NCBI GenBank assembly: GCA_963737655.1
Contig: CAVTTN010000002.1
Coordinates: 3,232,001-3,296,000 of the forward strand
Reading direction: 5' to 3'
DNA length: 64,000 bases
Source: an uncultured Planctomycetota bacterium
GTDB lineage: Bacteria; Planctomycetota; Planctomycetia; Isosphaerales; Isosphaeraceae
The notes under the pieces are model-generated. The model was not told where the DNA came from. It saw only the letters and a list, made by a program, of their open reading frames with translations, and did no database searches. The translations under genes and the position numbers were made by a program. Position 1 is the first letter of the stretch. Each line of letters begins with the position of its first letter. Shown here piece by piece: positions 9,818-19,571 of the stretch.

Positions 9818-9899
9818 AGGAACCGTCGTGCGCGATCCGAGCGTGATCGGCCCTAAATCTGCATCATCCGCGGTCGCCGAAGGCGTTTCTTCCGCGGAC

Positions 9900-11147
9900 T
9901 CAGGATCGAAGGACCGCGAGCCGGGCCAGGTTCATGGCGGCCTTGGCGGCCCGGCTTCGGATCACGTCTCGGGGCTGCTCGGGGCCGATTTCCAGCTTGC
10001 GGGTCTCGGTCCCCGAAGCGCTGGCCACGGCGACGTAGACCAGCCCCACCGGCTTCTCGGGGGTTCCTCCGGTCGGCCCGGCGATCCCGGTGATCGCCAG
10101 GCCGAAATCGGCGCCGAAGCGGCTTCGGGCCCCTTCGGCCATCGCGTGGGCGACTTCCTCGCTGACCGCCCCGTGAGAGGCGATCGAGCCCGGAGGGACG
10201 CCGAGGAGGTCCACCTTCGCCGAGTTCGCGTAGCTGACGACGCCTCCGAGGAACACCGGCGAGACCCCGGGGATCGCCGTGATCCGCGAGGCCACCAGCC
10301 CTCCGGTGCAGCTCTCGGCCACGGCCAGCGTCTGCCCCTTGTGCAAGAGGGCCGCCACCAGGCCATCGGCCACGTCGGCCGAGCCCTCGCCGACGACCAG
10401 CTCGCCGAACCGTTCGCGGATGATGGCGACGGTGGGCTCGGCGTTGCGGATCGCCTCGGCCTCGTCGGCCCCTTCGGCGGTCACGCGGAAGCTGATGGTG
10501 GCGTCGCTGGCGGTGATCCCGACCTCGGGCACCCGGCCGCGAGCGGTCAGGTCCAGCGCCTTGGCCTCGATCTCCGACTCCCCCCGGCCGAACAGGTTCA
10601 CGACCCGGTGGACGATTACTTTCGTGGCCATCCCGCGGCTTTTCAGCCTCGGCACGACCTGATCGACGAACATCCGCTTCATCTCGTTCGGGACGCCCGG
10701 CAGGCAGACGACCACCGACGGACCGACGGCCATCCAGATCCCCGGGGCGGTCCCGATCGGGTTGGCCAGCGCCTCGGCGCCTCGAGGCAGCAGGGCCTGG
10801 ACGCGGTTCCTCTCGGTCATCGGCCGGTTCCGGCGCTCGAACAGGGCGCGGATGGCGAGGAGGGAATCGGCATCCTCGATCAAGTCCGCGCCGGCCACGG
10901 CGGCCAGGGCCTCGCGGGTCAGGTCGTCCTGGGTCGGGCCGAGCCCTCCGGTCACGACGACGAGCCCGGCCCTCTCGGTGGCGATCCGAAACGCGGAGAC
11001 GTTTTGCGCCAGGTCATCGCCCAGGCTAGTGTGGAACGCGGTGGCGATCCCCAGCTCTCCGAGGCGGAGGCTGAGCCACTGGCTGTTGGTGTCGAGCTTC
11101 TGGCCGCTGACCAGCTCGGTCCCGACGGCGACGATCTCGGCGTTCAT
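9900..11147 (-). CDS. cinA: Competence/damage-inducible protein CinA (MoCF-like domain plus PncC NMN deamidase)
   Basis: MNAEIVAVGTEL, DTNS, GGLGPTQDDLT, LPGVPNEM, AESCTGG, ITGIAGPTGG. Confidence 0.95.
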   Translation of the reverse strand: MNAEIVAVGTELVSGQKLDTNSQWLSLRLGELGIATAFHTSLGDDLAQNVSAFRIATERAGLVVVTGGLGPTQDDLTREALAAVAGADLIEDADSLLAIRALFERRNRPMTERNRVQALLPRGAEALANPIGTAPGIWMAVGPSVVVCLPGVPNEMKRMFVDQVVPRLKSRGMATKVIVHRVVNLFGRGESEIEAKALDLTARGRVPEVGITASDATISFRVTAEGADEAEAIRNAEPTVAIIRERFGELVVGEGSADVADGLVAALLHKGQTLAVAESCTGGLVASRITAIPGVSPVFLGGVVSYANSAKVDLLGVPPGSIASHGAVSEEVAHAMAEGARSRFGADFGLAITGIAGPTGGTPEKPVGLVYVAVASASGTETRKLEIGPEQPRDVIRSRAAKAAMNLARLAVLRS

Positions 11148-11282
11148 GAGCAAGAGGCCCCCGGACCATCCTGGCAAGGCCGACGGGCCCCGATCGGCCC
11201 TCGGCGAGAAACGCGTGGCGGAAGCGTCATTCGAGGGATCGCGGGCCGGGCTCGTCAAGGGCCGGGTCGGAGGCTCCACGGC

Positions 11283-12428
11283 TCAGAGCCTCAGGCCCCG
11301 GGCGATCAGCTCGCGTTGGATGTCGTTGGTCCCGGAATAGATCAGCGAGCCGACGCTGTCCCGCAGGTCGCGCTCGATGCCCAGGTCGGCCGTGTAGCCC
11401 GAGGCGCCGAAGATCCTCACGGCGTCCAGGCTGTTCTGGACGAAGCATTCCGACACGTGCCACTTCGCCATCGCGGCGGCGGTCGTGGCGTCCGCCCCGC
11501 GGGCCTGGAGCCAGCCGACCTTGTAGACGAGCAGGCGGCACGTTTCCAGCCGCAGCGCCATCTCGGCAATCCGGTGCGAAACCGCCTGATTCTTGCCGAT
11601 CGGCCGGCCGAACTGCTCGCGAGATCGCGCGTGGACGACGCATCGGTCGATCTGCCTCCGCATCGTGCCGAGGCTGGCGGCGAGGATCGCCCCTCGCTCC
11701 CATTCCATCGAGGCGTGGAAGACCTCGGCCCCTCGGCCTTCGCGACCAAGCAGGGCGTCGAACGGGAGCCGGCAGTCCTCGAACGCCACCTCGCCCATCG
11801 GCACGGTCCGAAGCCCCATCTTGGCGATCTCCCGGACGATCCGCAGGCCCGGCGCCTCCCTCGGGACGACGAACGCCGAGACGCCCAGCGCCCCCTGGAT
11901 CGGGTCGGTCCGGGCGTAGGCGACGAACACGTCGGCCTCGGGGGCGCCGGTACACCAGGTCTTTCGGCCGGAGAGGGTCCATCCGTCGGCGGTGCGTTCG
12001 GCCCGGGTGGTCATGGCGAAGACGTCCGAGCCGGCGGAATCCTCGCTCGCCGCGTTCGAGCCGACGAGCTCGCCGCGACACAGGCCGGGCAGCCATCGGC
12101 GCTTCTGGTCCTCGGTCCCGAACCGGGCCAGGGGCAGCGAGACGGTCCACATCGAGGCGTTCAGGCCGAAGATCAGGCCGTTGTCCTCGCACCCCAGGCC
12201 GATCCCCTCCATCGCGGCGATCGTCTCGGGCAGGCCGAGGCCCTTCCCCCCGTATTTTTCGGGGATCGGCAGGCCCTGGAGGCCGAACTTACCGGCTCGC
12301 GACCAGCCTTCCCGCCAGAACTCGCGGCGGTCGTCCCGGGCGAGGAGGTCGTCGGCCAGCTCCTCGCGAGCGAAGTCCAGGGCGGCGTCGTGCCAGCGCT
12401 GCTGATCGGGACTCAAGGCGAAATCCAT
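11283..12428 (-). CDS. Acyl-CoA dehydrogenase family protein, resembling L-prolyl-carrier-protein dehydrogenases
   Basis: PEKYGG, SEDSAGSD, GRKTWCT, KMGLR, REQFGRPI, FGASGY, IYSGTNDIQR. The subfamily call is an inference. Confidence 0.9.
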   Translation of the reverse strand: MDFALSPDQQRWHDAALDFAREELADDLLARDDRREFWREGWSRAGKFGLQGLPIPEKYGGKGLGLPETIAAMEGIGLGCEDNGLIFGLNASMWTVSLPLARFGTEDQKRRWLPGLCRGELVGSNAASEDSAGSDVFAMTTRAERTADGWTLSGRKTWCTGAPEADVFVAYARTDPIQGALGVSAFVVPREAPGLRIVREIAKMGLRTVPMGEVAFEDCRLPFDALLGREGRGAEVFHASMEWERGAILAASLGTMRRQIDRCVVHARSREQFGRPIGKNQAVSHRIAEMALRLETCRLLVYKVGWLQARGADATTAAAMAKWHVSECFVQNSLDAVRIFGASGYTADLGIERDLRDSVGSLIYSGTNDIQRELIARGLRL

Positions 12429-12456
12429 CCGGCCCGCTCCTCGTCCGACTCGTTCC

Positions 12457-13874
12457 TCATCGCGACGGCGCCACCCCTCGGGCCTTCGCGATCCGCCGTT
12501 CGATCTCCGCCGGGTCGCTCGGGATGCCCCTGGAGAGCTTCTCCGGCCCCTCGGGCGTCATCAGGTAATCATCCTCGATGCGAATGCCGATGTTCTCGGA
12601 TCGGATGTAGATTCCCGGCTCGATCGTGAACACTTCCCCGACCTGCACGGGCTTGAACGTGTCGCCCACGTCGTGGACGTCCATCCCCAGGTAATGCCCG
12701 AGCCCGTGGATGAAAAAATGGTCCATCGTGTGCTCGCGACCGGCCTCGTCCTTCGCGCGCAGGGGGCTTTTCTTCAGGTACGAGGCCACGAACATCGTCA
12801 TCTCGCCGAGCCGGGCGCCCCCGGGCTTCATGTGCCTCTCCGCCTCGGATTGGGCGTCGAGCACGAGCTGATAGATCTCGCGTTGCCGGGGCGTGAACGT
12901 GCCGCCGACGGGATAGGTGCGGGTCACGTCGGCCGCGTAGAGCTTGTACTCGGCCCCGATGTCCACGACGAGGAGGTCGCCCTCCTCCATCGTCCGCGAG
13001 TTGGCGAAATAGTGGGGGATCGTCGCGTTCGGGCCCGAGCCGATGATCGAGGCGAACGACGGGCGGACGGCCCCTCCGTCGAGGAATGCGCCCAGAACCC
13101 TGGCTTCCAGCTGATACTCTCCCAGGCCGGGCCGGAGGACCTTGACCACTTCCTCGTTCGCCTGGCCGGTGATCGCGATCGCCCGGCGCAGGAGGGCGAG
13201 TTCGGCCGGCGACTTGGCCTTCCTCATCTCGCCGACGATCGGCCCGAGGTCCTTGAATTCGGTCGTCGGCGCCCCCTGGCGGAGGAACCGGACGAACTTC
13301 GCCTCGGGGGTCGTCGCGGCCTCGGCCGGGCGAGGATTCATCGTGTAGACGATCGCATTGCGGCGCGGGCCTCCCTCGCGACGCATCGGGTCGTCGATCG
13401 CCGTGAACAATTCGCCCAGGAGTTTCGAGGACGATTTCACCTCCAAGAATCCCAGGGCGTTGGCGGCCTCCGGCCCGGGCTTCGGGTCGCTCGACGGCCC
13501 GTTCATGACGGGATGGCCCGATGGCGGCGAGAGATAGAGCACCTCGCGTTCCGAATTGGGCCAGAGGACGAGCCACGCTCCGGGCGTGTCCACCCCGGTC
13601 AGATAGGCGAAGGCGTTCCCCTGGCGGAATCGGCCTTCCTCGAAATCCTCCTTGCCCTCGTCGTCGCCCCCCTTGAGGAACACGAGCGTCTCGCGGCCGG
13701 AACGGCCCTCGGCCTCCCGGATTCGCTTCATGAGCTCCTTCCGGCGCGCGAAAAATCGGCCCGGGGCTGGTCCATCAGCCGGGGGGCGGATTCGGCCGGA
13801 GCCTCCTGAGACCGGACGACCGCAGGAAGCAACAGCAGGATCAGGGCCGCGATTTGGGCCGGGCGGAGCAGCAT
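12457..13874 (-). CDS. pepP: Secreted Xaa-Pro aminopeptidase (M24B); 1-bp frameshift near 13753
   Basis: FRQ...YLTG, PHY, DIGAE..YAADVTRT, HGLGHYLGMDVHD, TIEPGIY, RIEDD. The signal peptide (ATG 13874) joins the main ORF if one base is added to the A5 run at 13751-13755. Confidence 0.88.
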
Positions 13875-14051
13875 CGGTCCGAGACCTCCGAACGAGCGAA
13901 TCGGCGAGGGGATCGGGCCCGATTGTACGGTGGGAGCACCGCGTTTGCCTAGGAGCGTCTTGCGCAAACCCCGGGGCGATTCCTCCTCAGGAGGCCCTCG
14001 GAGGGACGGCCCTCGCGGGTTCCGTCTTCGGAACCTGGGCCACTCAACCGC

Positions 14052-15920
14052 TCACCTGGCGATCCGGAAAATCGCCGCCGATTCGCCCGCGACCTCCGCC
14101 ACCGGCCCTTTCGTCCCCGGGATCAGATCGCCGTCTCCATACAAGAGATCCGCCGTCGCGAACTTGCCGATCGCCGACGGATGGAGCGGAATCCGCCCGC
14201 GACCCTCGGCGAAGTTCAGGACGATCAGCATCCGCGATTCCCCCTCCTGACGGATGAACGCATAGGCCGCATCGGTGGCCGCCGCGTCGATCAATCGACC
14301 GGTCGTCAGCGCGGGCGAGGCTCGCCGGAGATGGATCAGCGACCGATAGGCGTCGAACGTGGCCGCTTCCTCGGCGGTGCGGCCCTCGTGAACGAAGGAG
14401 TCTCGCGGGTCGCCCGGGAACGCGCCGGGGATCGTCCGGCGGTCGTCTCCGTGGCCCGGCAGGCCGATCTCGTCGCCCCAGCTCACCTGCGGGATGCCCC
14501 GGGTCGTGAACAGGAAGGCCGCCGCCAATCGGTGACGCCGGGGTGTCACTCCCGGCACCGAACTCAGGCGCATGGTGTCGTGATTATCCAGGAATGTCAC
14601 GAGGGCGTCGGGCCGGGGGTAGAGGCCGTCCCGGGCCAGGACCCGGGCGATCTCCTTCGCCGGGCCGGTCCGGGCCGCCGCGGCGACCGCGGCCGCGTTC
14701 AGGGGGAAGTCGAACACGGAGGGGATGCCCGGGTCGATCCCGTCCCAGCCGGCCCGCCCCCCCTGGAAGAAGCAGAGGTCCGCCGGGTCGTTCACCCACG
14801 CCTCGCCCGCGACGAACAGGCCCGGAACCGTCGCTTCGAGCCGTTCGTGCCACGCCTTCCAGAACGACCGATCGACCATCGGGTACGTGTCGAGCCGGAT
14901 GCCGTCGGCCTCGCCGAAGACGGCCCACCAGAGGCTCTGCTGGATCGCGTAACGGGCCACTCGCTCGTTTCTCATGTTCAGGTCGGGAAGGATGCCGAAG
15001 AACCAGCCGTCGGTCATCCCTCGGCGGTCGGCCTCGGGGGCGTGGGGGCTGGTCAGGGCGTCGAACCGGAAATTGAGCGTCGGCGGGTGATCGATCGGGC
15101 CGTGGAACCAATCGGCCGAGGGCGGCCGGGCCACCCACCGATGCTGGGGCCCCGTGAACCCGAGGACCTGGTCCTGGATCACCTTCAGGCCGAGCCGGTG
15201 GGCCCGATCCACCAGCTCGCGATACTCCTCGAAGGTGCCGAACCGGGGGTTGATCGCGTAGAAATCGACCGGGCTGTAGCCGTGGAAGTCCGCGTACCGC
15301 CGCGCCTCGCCCGGTCCCTTCGGGCGAAACCAGCGGTCGGCCGGGCGATAGAGGGGCGTCAGCCAGAGGGTCGTCACGCCGAGGTCGGCGAGGTAGGGCA
15401 GCCTCGCCGCGATCCCCCGGAAGTCGCCGCCGTGGTAGGCGTGAGGATTCTTGCGATCGAGCATGTCCTCATGACCGGACGGCCGATCGTTCGCCGGGTC
15501 GCCGTTGGCGAAGCGGTCGGGCATGATCAGGTCGAGCACGTCTCCGGGGCCGATCGGGGCCGGTCGATGGCCCGGCCGTGGGCGAAGAGTCCAGGGGATC
15601 GAGGCCGATTCCTCGCCCCGGGAGACCGAGATCCGGGCCTCGCCGGGCCCGGCACCGGGGGGCACGATCAAATCCAGGAACAGGTAGCCATCGGATGCCT
15701 CGACCCGCTCCACCCGCCAGCCGGGCCGGTCGACCGTCGCCCGGGCCCCGTCCAGGCCGGACCCTTCGACCAGGAGCATGATGGTTTGTTCGAGAGGGGA
15801 CGTGAACCACGACGGCGGATCGACCCGGCCGATCGCAAGCTCGGCCGCCGGGGCCGGTCGGCTTACGGAAAGGAGCACGGCGAGGGCCAACGTCGATGCG
15901 AGGGCGCGAGGGCCGATCAT
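14052..15920 (-). CDS. Secreted GH13 alpha-amylase / cyclomaltodextrinase
   Basis: Signal peptide; RVDPPSWF N-domain; MPDRFANGD, YHGGD, FHGY, GIRLDT, GEAW, FLDNHD. Confidence 0.92.
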   Translation of the reverse strand: MIGPRALASTLALAVLLSVSRPAPAAELAIGRVDPPSWFTSPLEQTIMLLVEGSGLDGARATVDRPGWRVERVEASDGYLFLDLIVPPGAGPGEARISVSRGEESASIPWTLRPRPGHRPAPIGPGDVLDLIMPDRFANGDPANDRPSGHEDMLDRKNPHAYHGGDFRGIAARLPYLADLGVTTLWLTPLYRPADRWFRPKGPGEARRYADFHGYSPVDFYAINPRFGTFEEYRELVDRAHRLGLKVIQDQVLGFTGPQHRWVARPPSADWFHGPIDHPPTLNFRFDALTSPHAPEADRRGMTDGWFFGILPDLNMRNERVARYAIQQSLWWAVFGEADGIRLDTYPMVDRSFWKAWHERLEATVPGLFVAGEAWVNDPADLCFFQGGRAGWDGIDPGIPSVFDFPLNAAAVAAAARTGPAKEIARVLARDGLYPRPDALVTFLDNHDTMRLSSVPGVTPRRHRLAAAFLFTTRGIPQVSWGDEIGLPGHGDDRRTIPGAFPGDPRDSFVHEGRTAEEAATFDAYRSLIHLRRASPALTTGRLIDAAATDAAYAFIRQEGESRMLIVLNFAEGRGRIPLHPSAIGKFATADLLYGDGDLIPGTKGPVAEVAGESAAIFRIAR

Positions 15921-16098
15921 GGGAGGGGGTCGCTCGGGCCGGATGGCAAACTCCCCGCACCTTACCAACCCACCGCCCGAGACGCGAGTGGGTGTCTGGC
16001 CGCACGGTATTTAGTTTTGAAAGAATCTACACGCAAAAATGTGATTTTGACTGGCATGAAGATTCCGCACCTCGATCGGGAGAACAAATTTCGGAAAA

Positions 16099-16200
16099 GC
16101 CTTCGGCGAAACGCAGATTACGCAGATTACGCAGATTTTCGAGCAAGAATCCAAGCCTTCTAATCTGCGTAATCTGCGTAATCTGCGTTTCGCCGAAGGC
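16099..16200. repeat. Perfect 39-bp inverted repeat built on (ACGCAGATT)x3
   Basis: GCCTTCGGCGAA(ACGCAGATT)3 at 16099-16137, exact reverse complement at 16162-16200, 24-bp loop. Confidence 0.95.
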
Positions 16201-16698
16201 CCTTTCTCCTCGACTGCATAACTCCTCTGGCGGCAGGGCTCGGTCGCCTCGGAGTGTTTTTGATCATCATGTTGTAGTGTGTTGATATATTTTTAATAAA
16301 AGATATGCGTTTTCCATGTTTTCGCCAAACTTGACTGCACATTCCCCGCCAAAATCGCGAAATGGGCAAGAATCAGGCCGAATCCCGGCGCGCAACGACT
16401 ACAGCTTTTCCCCGGGAATCATGGATGCACAATCGTTGCGAAGATCGTCGTAACTCCGGGCTGGGATTGGTCCCGGGGGCCATTTCGGGCAGGGGAGAAA
16501 TTCCGCGAAAGTGGCCGGGTTGCGCCACCGTCTCGACCCATCAGGCTCTCGAAATCTGACGAGGGGGGCGATGCGTCGCGGCGGTCGCCGGCCGATTTGG
16601 GGTGATCGGGGCGGCCCCGGGTCGCGATGGTCTGAACGAGGGGCGGAGGCGATCGGCGGGGGCGATCCGGGGCCTTCGCGGTTCCTCGGCTGGTCCGC

Positions 16699-16727
16699 TA
16701 GCAAAAGGGGGGGCGAATCGGTATGAT
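16699..16727 (+). promoter_or_regulatory. Possible sigma70 promoter for infA
   Basis: TAGCAA-N17-TATGAT. Confidence 0.35.
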
Positions 16728-16849
16728 ACGAACGTGTCGTGATCCAGGCCGATGTGTCGCGCGCGTCGCCCCGATCCTCAGGGCGATCCGGGCCGCGTCC
16801 CCCCTTGCGGATGGACTCGTCCGGCGCCGGTTGTTCTCAGGAGCATTTT

Positions 16850-17080
16850 GTGGCCAAAGAGGAACCGATCCGAGTGGAGGGCCGCATCGTCGAGGCCCTT
16901 CCCAACACGCAATTCATGGTCGCCTTCGAGGAAGGCCCGCTCCGGGGCCACAAGATCCTCGCCCACATCGCCGGCAAGATGCGGAAGAACTTCATCCGCA
17001 TCGTCCCGGGCGACCGGGTGACCGTCGAGATCACCCCCTACGACACGACCAAGGGCCGGATCGTCTACCGCGAGCGCTAA
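16850..17080 (+). CDS. infA: Translation initiation factor IF-1
   Basis: [19 protein letters not shown]...[44 protein letters not shown] and GTG start. Confidence 0.97.
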   Translation: MAKEEPIRVEGRIVEALPNTQFMVAFEEGPLRGHKILAHIAGKMRKNFIRIVPGDRVTVEITPYDTTKGRIVYRER

Positions 17081-17109
17081 CCGCCCGAAATCCTGGCGGG
17101 GAGTGGACT

Positions 17110-17364
17110 TCAGGCGGCCTGTCTCTTCCTCTCGATGAGCTGGGCGATCCGGTCGAGCGAGTCGAGGTGGTCGACGCCCGCCTCGTGGGCCTCGACCGTC
17201 ACGCCGAACCGTTCTTCCAGGAAGACGACGAGCTTCAGGGTGCTGATCGAGTCCAGGACGCCCCCGGAGATCAGGGGGGTCTGGCCGGTCAGCTCCTCCG
17301 GGGCCTCTCCGGGGAGGAACTCGCGGAGGAGGAAGTCGTGGACGGTCCGAGCGATCTCGTTCAT
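17110..17364 (-). CDS. Acyl/peptidyl carrier protein
   Basis: 84 aa, acidic, GVLDSI phosphopantetheine site, FLEERFGV. Confidence 0.9.
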   Translation of the reverse strand: MNEIARTVHDFLLREFLPGEAPEELTGQTPLISGGVLDSISTLKLVVFLEERFGVTVEAHEAGVDHLDSLDRIAQLIERKRQAA

Positions 17365-17406
17365 GGGTCGAAAGTTCCGTTCCGGCAAGGGGGGGGGAGG
17401 AAGAGT

Positions 17407-18996
17407 TCAAACGTCCGACCCGCCCCCGCAGAAGGCGACGAGCCATTCATCGAGCCTGGGGTCGGCCTCGATGACCGGCCGGGCTCCGTATCGGACAGGT
17501 AGGGGTGCCTCGAACGCCTCGTGGAGGACTCGCCCGGTCATGGTCTCGGGGACGCGGACGCCCAGCATGGCCAGGGCCGTCGGCGCCACGTCCTGGAGGT
17601 CGGCCGAGAGCCCGGGTCCGGGCCGGATGTCGGGGGCGTCGATGGCCAGGATCCCGGCCTGGCGATGGGTGGCCGGGAGGCCCGGGTCGGGCCGCAAGAT
17701 CCGCGACGAGAACGGGCTCCACTTCGCCTGCGCCTGATACCCATCGGCCGACGGCGCCAGGACTTCCGGCAAGCCTTCCACGGCCGGGTCGAGGTCGTAG
17801 CGGTCGGCCGAGGAGAAGGCGTCGGCGAACAGGAGGTCGCCGGTTTCGGGGTCTCGGGCCTCCTTCAGGACCCCGATGACCTCGGCGGTCGCCCGATCGG
17901 CGGCCGGGGCGAACTCGGCGATGTCGGGCCGGAGGAAGACGCAGCCGCTGAGCTGGCCGAACGGGGCGAAGGCCACGGTCTTCCTCCAATCGCAGCCGAC
18001 CTGGCCATCCATCGACCGGGGGAGCCGTCGGCCGGAGCCGCCCGGCTCGTGGCGGGTCCTCCAGCGGCGGAGGCGGTCGCGGACCCGGCTAGCTCGATAG
18101 CGGAACCGCGTCCCGTAGGCGAGCCCCTTTTGCAGGCCCGCCCGACGAAGCAGGCCGTTGACGTTCACCAGCGATCGGCACGGGCCGAAGCCATGGTCCG
18201 AAACCGCGACGATCGCCGCATCGCGTTGCACGGCCAGCTCCATCAGCCGGCCGGCGGCCGAGTCCAGGGCCCGGAGGCAGCCCTCGACGGCCTCGTTCCA
18301 GCCCTTGCGGCGGATGCCCGTTTCGTCCACGTCGAGATAGGGCCAGAGCCGGTGCTGGAGGCCGTCGAGGTTGTGGAAGTGGACCATCATGGCCGACCAC
18401 TCGGGGCAGCGGCGATCGGCCCGTTCGGCCACCTCGGCCTGGGCGGCGAAGACCTCCCGGCAACGGGTGGAGACCGTCCGCAACTCGTCCAGGGAACGGG
18501 GTTTGCGCTTGCAGAGGATCTTGTGGGTGAAGTCCGGGACGAGGTCGCGGACCTCCCAGCCGAACTCGGGGCACTGCGCAAAGGCCCAGTCCTGGCCCGG
18601 CGCATCGGCCCCGGCGACGACCAGCCCCCGGACGTTGGGAGGCGGGTAGGTCATGGGCAGGTTCAGGCTCACGACCGACCGGCCGGAGGCCGAGAGCGCC
18701 TGCCAGATCGAGGGGACGCGGACCCTCCCGGCATGGTTCGGGCGGACGGTCCGGTCTCGGGAATCGACGTAATAAAATTCGTGGATTCCGTGGGCCGGCG
18801 GCTCGGTGCCGGTGGAGAACGAGGTCCAGGCGACGGGCGTGACCATCGGGACGCTGGACCGGAGGACGCCGTGGGCCGAGCGTCGCCAGAGGGCGGCGAG
18901 GTTCGGCATCAGGCCGCGATCGAACAGGGGGCCCAGGGCGGTCATCGTGCCGCCGTCGAGCCCGAGAAACAGCACGCGGGACGCGGGAGCCGGCAT
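17407..18996 (-). CDS. Alkaline phosphatase superfamily protein (type I phosphodiesterase/NPP-like)
   Basis: GLDG, TPVAWTSFSTG..P..HGI, NLPMTYPP, LDGLQH, SDHGFG, ATH...GI, DVAPT. Confidence 0.9.
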   Translation of the reverse strand: MPAPASRVLFLGLDGGTMTALGPLFDRGLMPNLAALWRRSAHGVLRSSVPMVTPVAWTSFSTGTEPPAHGIHEFYYVDSRDRTVRPNHAGRVRVPSIWQALSASGRSVVSLNLPMTYPPPNVRGLVVAGADAPGQDWAFAQCPEFGWEVRDLVPDFTHKILCKRKPRSLDELRTVSTRCREVFAAQAEVAERADRRCPEWSAMMVHFHNLDGLQHRLWPYLDVDETGIRRKGWNEAVEGCLRALDSAAGRLMELAVQRDAAIVAVSDHGFGPCRSLVNVNGLLRRAGLQKGLAYGTRFRYRASRVRDRLRRWRTRHEPGGSGRRLPRSMDGQVGCDWRKTVAFAPFGQLSGCVFLRPDIAEFAPAADRATAEVIGVLKEARDPETGDLLFADAFSSADRYDLDPAVEGLPEVLAPSADGYQAQAKWSPFSSRILRPDPGLPATHRQAGILAIDAPDIRPGPGLSADLQDVAPTALAMLGVRVPETMTGRVLHEAFEAPLPVRYGARPVIEADPRLDEWLVAFCGGGSDV

Positions 18997-19240
18997 GAGA
19001 GGGACGCCTCGGTCTCGTCACGTGCCCGAGGGGGTCCCACCGCCCACCATCCGTGGCGGAACGGCCCGGCGGGCCCTCCGGCCCCAGGGCCGGGATGCCA
19101 ACCGGACGGATGCCCTCCTGAGCTCGGGCCGGGCGAACCGTAACCCCACGCCAGGATTCGGTCAAGGCCGATCGGGTCGTCCTTCGCCCGTCGTTTGCTC
19201 TCCGGGGGTTCCCTCGGACCCGGCTTCCCTCGGGCCAGCT

Positions 19241-19382
19241 CTGCTGTGTCGAAAACCCTTGAGAATGAAGAAAACGAGTAGGTCCGACTTCAGTCGGGCC
19301 TACGAGACAAGACCTTTTTGTCGGCCCGACTGAAGTCGCACCTACTCGATTCCTCTCCATCAACGGGTCTTTTGCAGAGCAG
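19241..19382. repeat. Second copy of the family-A REPIN element, without the outermost arm
   Basis: REPs at 19278-19303 and 19320-19345 (inverted). The CTGCTGTGTCGAAAACCCTTGAGAATGA flank matches the reverse complement of ~4412-4448. Confidence 0.88.
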
Positions 19383-19571
19383 GCCAACTCCCTCTCGACA
19401 ATCGGACGGCGATCCTCTCGAAGCGCCTCCGCGGGCGGACAACGAACAAGTCACTCCTCGAAACGAGTGGAGTCCGGGTCCGATTGTGCCGATGGTAACG
19501 ATCATGACATGCCTTCGTCGGCCGTGGCTTGACCGGCCGGAGAGCGGCCTGGATCCAATGTCCCTGGGGGA

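Noticed and set aside
8733..12629. 1298-aa ORF on the + strand
   Set aside because: Antisense or off-frame shadow of cinA, the dehydrogenase and neighbours; Arg/Gly/Pro-rich with no motifs, as expected in high-GC DNA.
16240..16340. oriC / DNA unwinding element
   Set aside because: AT-rich, but I found no TTATCCACA-type DnaA boxes and no dnaA/dnaN context.
15896..16369. Short ORFs with ICVICVICV or ADYADYAD repeats
   Set aside because: These are translations of the 9-bp repeat palindrome, not proteins.
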